Assembly (NCBI GenBank): GCA_012295275.1
Contig: CM022673.1
Coordinates: 22,134,001-22,198,000 of the forward strand
From: Chrysomallon squamiferum
Taxonomy: Eukaryota; Animalia; Mollusca
Direction of reading: 5' to 3'
Length of the DNA stretch: 64,000 bases
Of the stretch, positions 26,482 through 37,349 are shown one piece after another; within the stretch, counting starts at the first letter, position 1; each line of letters opens with the position of its first letter. Position numbers and translations under genes: made by a program. Below the pieces are notes generated by a model. The model ran no database searches, was not told the DNA's origin, and saw only the letters and a program-made list of their open reading frames with translations.

Positions 26482-27137
26482 TTATCTTCCATTGACACCT
26501 CCAACAATGGCAAGACCAAACCCCTCATCTCCATCCAGAACGAAATCTTTGTGTTTGATGACAATGCTGTTACTGTGACCCCTCCCGCAAAAACAGTCAC
26601 TGTCCTCACAGACACCGAGACGATACACTGAAATATACATAAAATAACAAATACTGAAATATACATAAAATAACAGACACATTGAAATATACATAAAATA
26701 AAAGACACTGAAATATACATAAAATAACAGACACATTGAAATATACATAAAATAAAACCACTTAAATATACATATAATAACAAATACTGAAACATACATA
26801 AAATAACAAATACTGAAATATACATAAAATAACAGACACATTGAAATATACATAAAATAAAACCACTTAAATATACATATAATAACAAATACTGAAATAT
26901 ACATAAAATAACAGACACTGAAATATACATAAAATAACAGACAAATGAAAATGTACATAAAATAACAGGCATTGAAATATGCATAAAATAGCAGACACTG
27001 AAATATACATAAATAACCAAATTCCTCAAAACATTAGGACACACAAATTAATAAATAACAAATAATAACTAACAACGACAACAACATTATGGTGATGACT
27101 TTGATGATGATCAGGATAATAATAATAATAATAATAA

Positions 27138-27204
<67 letters not shown>

Positions 27205-27257
27205 GTAGATAAAATGCACTTACTTAGTAGTAAAAGAAGGATTGTAATAACTTTCAT
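26482..27257 (-). CDS. Secreted peptide D, a divergent acidic paralog: MKVITILLLLLMYRLGVC/EDSDCFCGRGHSNSIVIKHKDFVLDGDEGFGLAIVGGVNGR*. Coding exons 27257-27224 and 26627-26482; 3'UTR exon from 26054
   Basis: Phase-1 intron A|gtaagt...tttcag|TG. Retains HSxS-x-VIKHK, GFGLA and a terminal G-R*. TATAAAA at about 27328-27334 (minus). Donor 10 nt after the stop. Confidence 0.8.
26628..27020. repeat. ~26-bp minisatellite whose unit is the 3' splice-site region of peptide D intron 1
   Basis: The unit (minus strand) TGTTATTTTATGTATATTTCAG(TG/TA) is repeated about 14 times, with AG, AA and deleted variants. Confidence 0.85.
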
Positions 27258-27849
27258 AATGTTAACATATAAAACAAATATGATGAGTTTATCGCGGGAG
27301 CTAACACGATTATCTGACAGGAATTCATTTTATATTTTTACCTGACCACATGCCGCTGACCACTGCACTGGACACTGCTGGAAGGTTCCCTTCACCTTCC
27401 AGTCGAGAGTGGATAACCGAATGTGGCAACCGCTTTGCTCCCCAGACGAAACTTGAAAGCTGTGAGGATGTTTGATGTTTGGGAAACTTTGTAGCTGCGG
27501 GCTATTTTCACTAGGGAATGTTCATATGTACAGTGAAAGCTGTTTAGAGGAGAAACCAGCATGGTATAATTTAACACCGGATTATTAAACTTATTTTTAA
27601 TATGTCCGTGATTATTTATATCGATACCTAGAGTGTATGAATTAATTTGTCTAAAACCAGTTATTTTGCAGCATTGTTTTTCCATGGTTAATATAATTAT
27701 ATTAATTTTGTTCTGTTCTTGACTAAACTTGCAACACCAACAACAAAAACAACAACAGTACTGTGATGACGACAACAATAGTAATAATAATAATAGTAAT
27801 TAGAAGATACATAGGTAGATAGAAAGATAGATAGATAGATAGATAGATT

Positions 27850-27945
<96 letters not shown>

Positions 27946-28318
27946 CAAAAATATATACAAACAAAAATAGCAAATAAAAATAAAAATAAAATAAAATAAA
28001 TGTTTTCATAATTTAAAAATTAAAAAGAAATAAATAAACTGTTTGGTCAGTTGTAACCAGTATGAAAAAACAAGTAAAGAAATATCATCATTGTTATTCT
28101 GAATTTAAATATTTATAGGACGACATGTCTCTTATGATTACAATAGGATATTGTATTGCTTCGGAATAGAAATAGAATAACTCCAAACAATTAAATTAGA
28201 TAGATCACAAATATTTGAAAACATTTGAAAACTTGTCTATAGCAGAAATACCATCCACTATAGAGAAACGGTCACTAGGGAAGCAGACTGACAGACAGAA
28301 TGACAGATCGACACACAC

Positions 28319-28414
<96 letters not shown>

Positions 28415-29249
28415 GCTAATTGATTGCCTGACAAATCGAACGTCTGTGGTATTTTCAAGAACTTCACACGAAGGGTGGGTCAGCTCCTTACATTTGTTTC
28501 GAGCAAGTTATTACTGGTTAAGGTTTAGGTTGTTATCCAAAATATCTAAAACCGAACTTGCTTTTGAGTTGTCATTGTATGTTACTTTTCTATGTTTGGG
28601 TCATATTACCACTGTTGGAGCGGCTGAAGATACCGGAAACTTGCATTCACGTCAATATAAAAATGGTGTTGTCAGTGTAAACATGTTTCTTATACTACTG
28701 TATGACCTCGTATTTATTTTCATGTCCGCCAACTGACAAACCAAAAAAGAAAGTACGTCGCCATTAAAGACAGTCCTGCACTGTGGTTGCTTTCTTTAAT
28801 TATAAATTTTGTGTCACATTTAATGCAGCTTCAGTCTAGTGAATAAACAGTATTTTTGTAAACCAGTTTCATGCAGCCGTGTCTATTCTGTTGGCTATTT
28901 TTGGAGAAAAGAAATTGTATCAATCATCTTGAACTAACATTCTCTTCTCTCAAAAACCAATCAAAAGGAAATTTCAAATTTTTCTGATATCCCTATGAAT
29001 TAGCTGCACTGCAGTTTGTATTAACTTTTATGGTAATTTTAAAAATAATAAAATAAATAAACAGGGCAGCCGTTCTGTATTCATATGAGACTAAAATGAA
29101 ATGCGAAATTCTTCTAGTTTCCTTTTTCTTACTGGTGATGAATCTTTACATTTTAAACAGTGCCTGGAATACCTGAATGGAATGATCAGGTACCACCCAT
29201 CACAGACAATTTCTTAATCCAGTCTTGTTCATCTCAAGAACAACAACAA

Positions 29250-29285
<36 letters not shown>

Positions 29286-29289
29286 AAAA

Positions 29290-29338
<49 letters not shown>

Positions 29339-30160
29339 TTTAAAAAAGCGTTGGACTGAAACACAGACAACTCGCCCATATATTATTTTTCATTCTTTCT
29401 TTCTTTTTCTTTTTTTTTCTTTTGTTTTCTATTTCTTTTGTTTTCTTTTATTTTCTATTTATTTTATTTTATTTTATTTTTATTTTATTTGTGGTTAAAT
29501 GAAAACGAAAAGGACACATTAATATGTATTTTAATAGTTTTATTTATTAATACACTTTTTGAACTATTTCGCTCTTACTGTTTTTCTTTTCTTTTTTCTT
29601 CTTTTTTGGGGGTGGGGTTATTTTGTTTTGTGTTGATTTTTGATTGCTTTTTTCTCCTTTTTTTTCTTTTTTTTTTCGGTTCTTTATATAATACTTTGGC
29701 AGTTAAAAAATTACTGCACCTCATTGTCAATATTCTTAATAGATCTTATTTTATTATTATTTTAATACATATTACCAACACCACATCACAGTTTCACTTC
29801 GTAACAGATATTCAGGCTGAAAAGAAAAGATAAATAATAATCAGATGTCACATTTATATTCAGTGCTGCTTGTGTGCATAATCAACCTGAAAGTATCGAT
29901 ACCTATTTCGCATTTACATAACATACATATACACAGACACACACACGTACACATACTCACACACATACACACACACACATCTGTTTCTTTACATATGCTT
30001 TTCCATTCCAGTTTCATTTATATTTGTATTGTAGATTAATTCATTGTTAATAAAGAATTGAAGAATTTAACTCTGCGGTAACCAGGTAAATTCCTATTGC
30101 CAAACTGATTCCATTATGCTGAATGTTAATCATTTTTATACGTACTTGTCTGAAATGTAT

Positions 30161-30707
30161 TTATTTTCCGATTAGAGCAAAACCAAAGCCGCCGTTGAGA
30201 CTGTGGTGACTTTTGTGTTTGATGCTGACGCTGCTGCTGTGGTGGGAATGACAACAACATTTACTACCACAGTGTGCGTCGGTGTTCATCGCCAGACACA
30301 CTGAAACAGTACGAAACAGTAAATCAAACACGGAATCTAAAACGTTCATACTGACGTCTGTCACACGTAAATAATAATAATAATAATGTTAATGACGATG
30401 ATGGTGATGGGGGGGGGAGAAGAAATAGGGTAATGATGATGATGATGTTAATAACAGTGGTAATTAATAGTGATTGTAGCAGTAGAAGAGCTTTATAAAT
30501 ATGAAATAAATGTATAACACATATGCAAAACGTAATTTCTTATATATAAGTAATAAAAAGAAAAATATTTTTAAAAAACCAGCAAGATGGATATAGACAG
30601 ATAGACAGATAGACAGATAGATAGATAGACAGATAGACAGATAGACAGATAGATACATAAACCTTACTTGTGATAAAAACTAAAACGGCTGAGTTCTGAA
30701 TCTTCAT
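30161..30707 (-). CDS. Secreted Cys/His-rich peptide E: MKIQNSAVLVFITMCLAMNTDA/HCGSKCCCHSHHSSSVSIKHKSHHSLNGGFGFALIGK*. Coding exons 30707-30668 and 30300-30161; 3'UTR exon from 29816
   Basis: Phase-1 intron A|gtaagg...tttcag|TG. TATATAAA at about 30818-30825 (minus). Donor 15 nt after the stop. AATAAA in exon 3. Confidence 0.87.
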
Positions 30708-31062
30708 AGCCGAAAATCGTTTACAGAACTAACTGAAATGAAAACAATTCTCTCCAATTTTGTTTGTTTGTTACTTTTTGTTTTTTTTCGAAGTATCACG
30801 ACATGTGAAAGTTAGTATTTATATAAACGCCAAGTAGAACGATGTTTTGTAAAACAGCAGGTACAACTTTGATGTTAAATGTGTGGCACTATTTGTGGAT
30901 TCGCTGTTGCTCCCCGCGTTTTGTTTTACAAACAACGGATTTAAAATTAGTTAGCCAGAACAGCAGGCTGTCAAAACAATAACAAAAAATACTTTAATCA
31001 AGTTATAAGTTTAAAAATACATTTCTATACCCATGGGAAAAAAAAAAAAAAAAAAAAAAAAA

Positions 31063-31093
<31 letters not shown>

Positions 31094-31231
31094 GAAAAAA
31101 TATTCTAAAGAATATAAAAGAAAAAGATACAAAGACAAAATAAACGATATAGCAGCACTGAGATTCATTTTTTATTATAAACACGCACAGCCACAGACTC
31201 ACTCACACACAATGAAGTTTATAAATTGAAC

Positions 31232-31268
<37 letters not shown>

Positions 31269-33111
31269 CCTTACTTGTTGCAAAATGTTTTTCAGATTTT
31301 TATTTTATTTTATTATCATATTTTTTGAATTATGGAAAATTCTTTGTAAAGTGTATTTTTATTTGCATTTAGGAATATATTTCTTATCTGGATATTTGAT
31401 TAATAAAAGAAATTGTTTCTCTTTCTTTCCATAATTTCTTTATAATTTTTTCATCTTCTTTCTTGTACGTCTTTCATTATTTCCCTCTTTCTTTCTTTTT
31501 CTTTTCATCAATCTTCTTAATCTTAATCTTAAAATGTTTGGGGTTTTGGGGGGGGGTTGCAAATATTGCTTATTATTTACTTGAAAAAAATCGTTATTTA
31601 AATATTATTGGACTGTCCGTAAGCATTAACAGACGCATTAAAAGTTTTACAGCAGTGAAACATTATTGTTCTCATTTCCAAGGTTATATTTGTACTTCGT
31701 TTTTATTTTTTTCAAGTGTTTATTTATTTATTTATTTTTAGTTTTGTTGGTCTTTTAATTTTTTTTTTTTTTTTTTTTTTTAATTATTTACTTAATTTAC
31801 TTAACAATACAAAACAATAATAAAATGAAAAACTAATATTCAAAATTTAATTGAGTAAAAGATTTTATAATTTTTATTTTGTTATATATTTTTTAATATA
31901 AAATTAATTATTTATTTTATATTTTCACTCTTTCTCTTTTCTCTTTTTTTTATAGTTAATTTAGAATATTTTTGTTTTATTTTATTTTACTACTTTGAAA
32001 ATCATAATACGAATCTAAAAACTATTTCTTTGTCATTTTTCTTTTTTCTTTGTTAATTATAAATTATTTTAACGAAACATTTTATTATGTTTATTGTTTG
32101 TTATTATTATTATTTTTTTTTTTTTTTATCTGTTAACATAATTTTTTGGCGATAAATAAAATTGGTGCTAATACTACTACTACTACAATTAGCACGACCA
32201 CTACCACAACCACTACTACTACTACTACTACTATTATTTTTTGTTTTAATGAAGAATAAAAGTTCAATAAAATACATGTAAACAACAAAAAGAATGAAAC
32301 AAATGACCTAATTTTAACTTCACTGTAGACGCAGGAATGGTAGAAACAGTAGTTGCTATAGTAACAGCGGTGTAAGTAGTTTTTTTATTACTAGCAGAGA
32401 GAAGACTATAATTTACTGGCGATTTGATATCGAAAACAGGCCTTTAGTACAATAGTAATAGTTATAGTTGTAATAATAAGGTTAGAAGTAGAGAGAGTAT
32501 TAATAATTGTTATTACCGTAATGATGTTAATAGTAATAGTAGTTTTAGTAATAGTAGAGACAGTAGTGTTAGTAGAAATAGTAATAGCAGTAGAAACATC
32601 TATAGTATCATTAATAATAGTAGAAGCAACTGTTGTAATGGTGGTAGTAGTAGTTGTGATAGCTGTTATGCTTTTAATGTTAGTAGTTGTAATAATATTA
32701 TCAGTAGTAATTGTTGTAGATGTTGTAGTACAGAGGAGTTTATGCTTGGTTACAAATATCCTCATTATTACGTAATGTTTGGTTAAGTGATAAACACAAA
32801 CAAAGTTATAACTAACTAAACGTTTATTAACAGAACATGTAAGTATTTAATAAAACACAACATCCTCCAGAATTGTCTTCACAATCTGCAAAACAAGAAA
32901 TGAAATCTTGAGCTGTAGAGTACTACATATTAAATATTAATTTTAATTATTTCACTAGCTTCGGTTCTGACTCTTTTCATACTTTGCACTTCTTAATTAT
33001 AATTTAATTACCTATTTTATTTCACTGAGAATATGATGACCGTGTTATTGTAAACTCTGTCATTATCATTATTATTATTATTACTTGAGTACATACCTAA
33101 AATCTCTGTGA

Positions 33112-33597
33112 TTACTTCCCAGCCAGTCCCGCCAACCCAAATCCAAAACCTCCCCCATACGCGCTACTGGAACTTTTGTGCTTGACGCACGTGCTGCTGC
33201 TGTGGTGGCTATGACAACAGCATTTACTACCACAGTGGGCCTCTGTCAACATCAGTTTACAGCCTGAATAAAATAATGATAATAATAATAAATAAATACA
33301 TTTTAAAATTAAGGAATAAATGTATTTAGAGATAACATAAATGATTTAACGCTATAAAATAATAATTCAATTAATAAAATAAAATAAACAAAATAAATAA
33401 TAAAAAATAAAAATTATCAATATAACAAAATATATACTTATAGAAAATAAAGAAACAAGTAAATAAATAAATACACAAACAAACGAACAAATAAACAGAT
33501 AAATAGATAAACAAACAAACAAACAAACAAATAAATAAATAACGAAATGGTAAATTAACTCACTGAGAACCAGAAGAAGAACAACAAAGAATTTCAT
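33112..33597 (-). CDS. Secreted Cys/His-rich peptide F: MKFFVVLLLVLSCKLMLTEA/HCGSKCCCHSHHSSSTCVKHKSSSSAYGGGFGFGLAGLAGK*. Coding exons 33597-33564 and 33263-33112; 3'UTR exon from 32885
   Basis: Phase-1 intron A|gtgagt...attcag|GC. TATAAAA at 33689-33695 (minus). Donor TAG|gtatgt 15 nt after the stop. Confidence 0.88.
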
Positions 33598-34928
33598 GTT
33601 TGATGTAAAATAAATATTAGTTTTTGGAGAGGTAGATGATTTGGTTTTCTTGATTTTTTTTAATGATTTAACCACTGCACGCCTTCTTTTTTATACAAAC
33701 GCTTTGATTGCATGACGCTCCTTTGTGGTTAAAGCATCAGTGGGAGATCTTTGATGTCAAAAACACGATGTCATACTGCGTGTTAAAACAAACATTCTCA
33801 CAGAGTGGAAGACACCTAGCAAAAAGTAATATAATGAATGCATCAAAATTAAAACAAAGTAAATGAATAACATAAATAAAGCAATAAAATAAATTTATGC
33901 AGTAATATTTCAAATTATAAACTACATTGTTCCTTCCCCCAAAATATGAAATTTTTGAAAAATATTTCTCGTCTCATTTTCGTAGTTATTATAATGTACA
34001 TCATATGTACATACATACATATATATTTACACACACATACACATAAGATAATATATTATTATTTTTATTATTTCTTTTCTTTTTTCTTCTTTTTTTTATG
34101 ATTAACGAAATCCATTTTATTTTGTCATATTTTCGGTTTCGGACGAACTTTAACGATTTAAAATCTTTTAATAATAAAAACTTTAGTTTTCTTCTTCTTA
34201 TTTAAAATTAGATATTAAATCATTCTTTTTTATTTCCTTCTTTATTTTTTAAGCTATTTATTTCGTTTATTTATATAACTATATAATTAAATGGTTTTGG
34301 TTAAATTAAAAATTTATGTAAACGCTGTTTTTCTTCTCTTCTTTTTCATGCTTTTTTTTTTTTTTTTTTATGAAATATAAAAAGGAATCTAACATCTCAA
34401 ATTATGGTTTTGTGCTATTCACGCATTTCAGATAAAAATTAAAAATAGAAAATAATAATAAATTCTAAACATATAAATACAAAATAATATTATCTTAGCC
34501 TTTTTAAATGTTTTCATATGATTGAGAAAAATATGTAGAGAAAGAGAACAAATTCATTTTAAAACAACAACAAATAAATAAATAAATAAATTCCATCTTA
34601 CTATGTACGAATGATATTTATTTAATTATTTCATTTTACTTTTTTTTTTTTTTTTTTATTATTTCATTTTCTTTAATCACTTATTTTTACACCATGTTGA
34701 AGTTCTGGTGTCTACATGCCGAGTTAATCATCTTAAAACAAACACAACTTCATGTTTTCAATGACGAAGACGTGCTATATATGGGTTTACTGCTGTGACT
34801 CTGTTATTTTCTGTTTGATGTTTTAATGAAAATAAACACATAAAGATCACTATAATGGATCATTTCTTTTATAACTGTTGTATATAAACAGGCAATACAA
34901 ATAGTTTTCAATGTTAAAGAAGTCAGCA

Positions 34929-35398
34929 ATGAATGTTTTCTTCAGTCTTAAGCTGGGATTTGTGCTGCTGTGTAAGTGCATCATTTTATTTCAATTTATT
35001 TATTTAATAATAAATAAATAAATAAATAAATAAATACAAAAATATAAAAATTAAACAAGGAAACCAAAAAATGATTTAAAAAAATAAATAATAAAAAAGG
35101 AAAATACTTCACATTTCTTAGTAATAAAAAAAAGTGGAAATTTTTAGGCAAAACTACATACAGCCAGAGAACTGGAAACCAATTAAACAAAAATCTGTTG
35201 TTGTTTATTATTAATTTCAGTTAATTTTATTCTTTTATTTCATTTTATTTATTATTATTAATTTTGTTGTTGTTGTTGTTGTTAATTGCAGCTAGCATAT
35301 TAGCAACGACAACGGCATCATGTGGAAGTAGTTGCTGTTGTCACTCTTCACACCACAGCTCTACATCTGTAAGTCAAGCAAGCAAAAGCTGGAAATAG
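34929..35398 (+). CDS. Secreted Cys/His-rich peptide G (short, opposite strand): MNVFFSLKLGFVLLSSILATTTA/SCGSSCCCHSSHHSSTSVSQASKSWK*. Exons 34929-34971 and 35292-35398; exon 3 from 35772
   Basis: TATATAAA at 34881. Phase-1 intron T|gtaagt...ttgcag|CT. CGSxCCCHxxHHSS motif. Donor GAG|gtatat at 35412, acceptor tttcag at 35771, AATAAA at 35819. The C-terminus depends on which donor is used. Confidence 0.8.
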
Positions 35399-36017
35399 TG
35401 TTAAAAACGAGGTATATAGTGAAATATTTTAACTGCTAAAAAGGATTACCAAGAACCCAGTCTTTTGATATTTAAAATAAATAAAAAGTCGTTATTACAA
35501 AGATTCTAAGATACATTTATACTTGGGGGAGGAATTAATAATAATAAAAAAGCATAAATATAAAAATAATTAAATATAAACAATATCTACATTCACAATA
35601 CACACATACAGCGATATCTAGATTCAGACGGCTTGAAATATACTCTTGGATTTCCTTAGACTATTCTGTTGCAACCAGTCGCAATAACAAGTATTTATTT
35701 ATTTATTATTTTGTTGTTGTAATTCTGATTATTTCTTTCTTTATATTAAAGGTTTAATCTTTTTCTTTCAGATGAAGAGTTACGGATATGGGTTAAACAT
35801 GTACCATTAACTGTAAACAATAAAATTTTATCTAGTTTTGTATTGCTGGTTGTCTTCTTTTTGTTACATATTTGTTACAATGTTTTTAAGTATTTGGTTA
35901 GTTAGTTTTTATTTACATCACAAATAATACAGGAAACACAAGATTGACATCCAGTAGTCTTACTTCGTATGTAAGATGAAATTATTAAAACAGTCAAGTA
36001 TTTTTGTACAAGTACTT

Positions 36018-36128
<111 letters not shown>

Positions 36129-36458
36129 ACATTTGTAGTCATTAATACTGATAAAGAACTAGTTTAATTATATACATTTAATACTGAAAATATAATTAAA
36201 AAAACATTACACAAGACTGAAAGGACAACTAAGGAAATTGAAGAACAGTTATGCTGAAAACTTACAGTAAGAATTGGTTGAAAAACTAATAATTATCAAA
36301 ATGTACATTTAACTTAATAAAGAAACAAGTTTTGCATATTAAACTAAATAAAGATAAGTAAATAACTGGTTCACTTAAATTATAGAAAGATTTATTAATT
36401 TTTTGATTTCAGACATTGTTTAAATTGTTTATTTTTATTATAAGCTAAAACACATTCT

Positions 36459-36695
36459 CTGAAATGACAAATCAATGGAAATCCTAATTTACTTTTTCAT
36501 GATCAATGCTAATAAAAAATCAAAAAGTTAAGAAAAACAAAAACAACAAAGTTTTATTTTGCTGAAAATCTCAACAATTTCTTGATGACAAACAAAAATG
36601 TTCTTTGAAAATAAAACCATTACAACTAATCACTCCTACAGAAATCGCAAATCAAGCACACATGAATTTGAACCCCCCCAAAAAAAATGATTCTC

Positions 36696-36748
<53 letters not shown>

Positions 36749-37070
36749 CAACAATAATAATGATGATAATACAATATAAATAAATGAATTAATAAATAAA
36801 ATAACAAATACATTTTTGAATTAGGGTGATTTATTAATCATTTCTTCATACTGCTAATGAAACAAAATATTCATTGAAATGACAAACTAATGAAAAATGC
36901 TTTATTTTCTAATGATCACTGACAATGAAAAAGCAAAACGTAAGAAAAATATTTTACTTTGCTGAAAATTTCAATTTCTTGATGACAAATTAAAATTTAC
37001 TTCAAAAAAAATAAAAATAATAAATAAATGCAGCAAATGATCATTATAATCACAAATCAAGCACAAATGA
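36459..37070. repeat. Diverged ~200-bp direct repeat (36459-36665 and 36875-37070) downstream of RIF1
   Basis: The shared blocks tgaaatgacaaa, ttgctgaaaat, caatttcttgatgacaaa and caaatcaagcaca occur in the same order in both copies. Confidence 0.75.
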
Positions 37071-37349
37071 TTGCGTATATATATAAAATATTCACTTTTT
37101 AAAAAATTACTGAAATGATAATGTGAAAAATAATAATAGTACTAGTAATAATAATTTTTAAAAAAGTGTTGTGCAAATGTAATATAAACTGAGTAGCCAC
37201 AGTAAAATATTTTTCAAAGCTTGTACAAAAATCAATGTGGAAAGCTCATCAAGTTGTACACGTGTCACTCAAATCAATGGACTCCTGTTAGTCATACCCA
37301 AACACTCTGCTGTCTGAAACTCTCTGAGACTCAGTGTTTAAAGTCTCAC

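Noticed and set aside
26424-27044. 206-aa and 158-aa hydrophobic ORFs
   Set aside because: They are read-through of the intronic minisatellite. Only 26627-26482 is the real exon.
32406-32775. Thr-rich mucin-like ORF and Val/Ile-rich antisense ORF
   Set aside because: Decayed (TAG/TAA)n simple repeat with no signal peptide or exon structure.
13464-33597. Calling the peptides conotoxins, defensins or myticins
   Set aside because: There is no propeptide and no matching Cys framework (CCC-H-x-HH with variable, sometimes odd Cys counts). The mature region is the conserved part.
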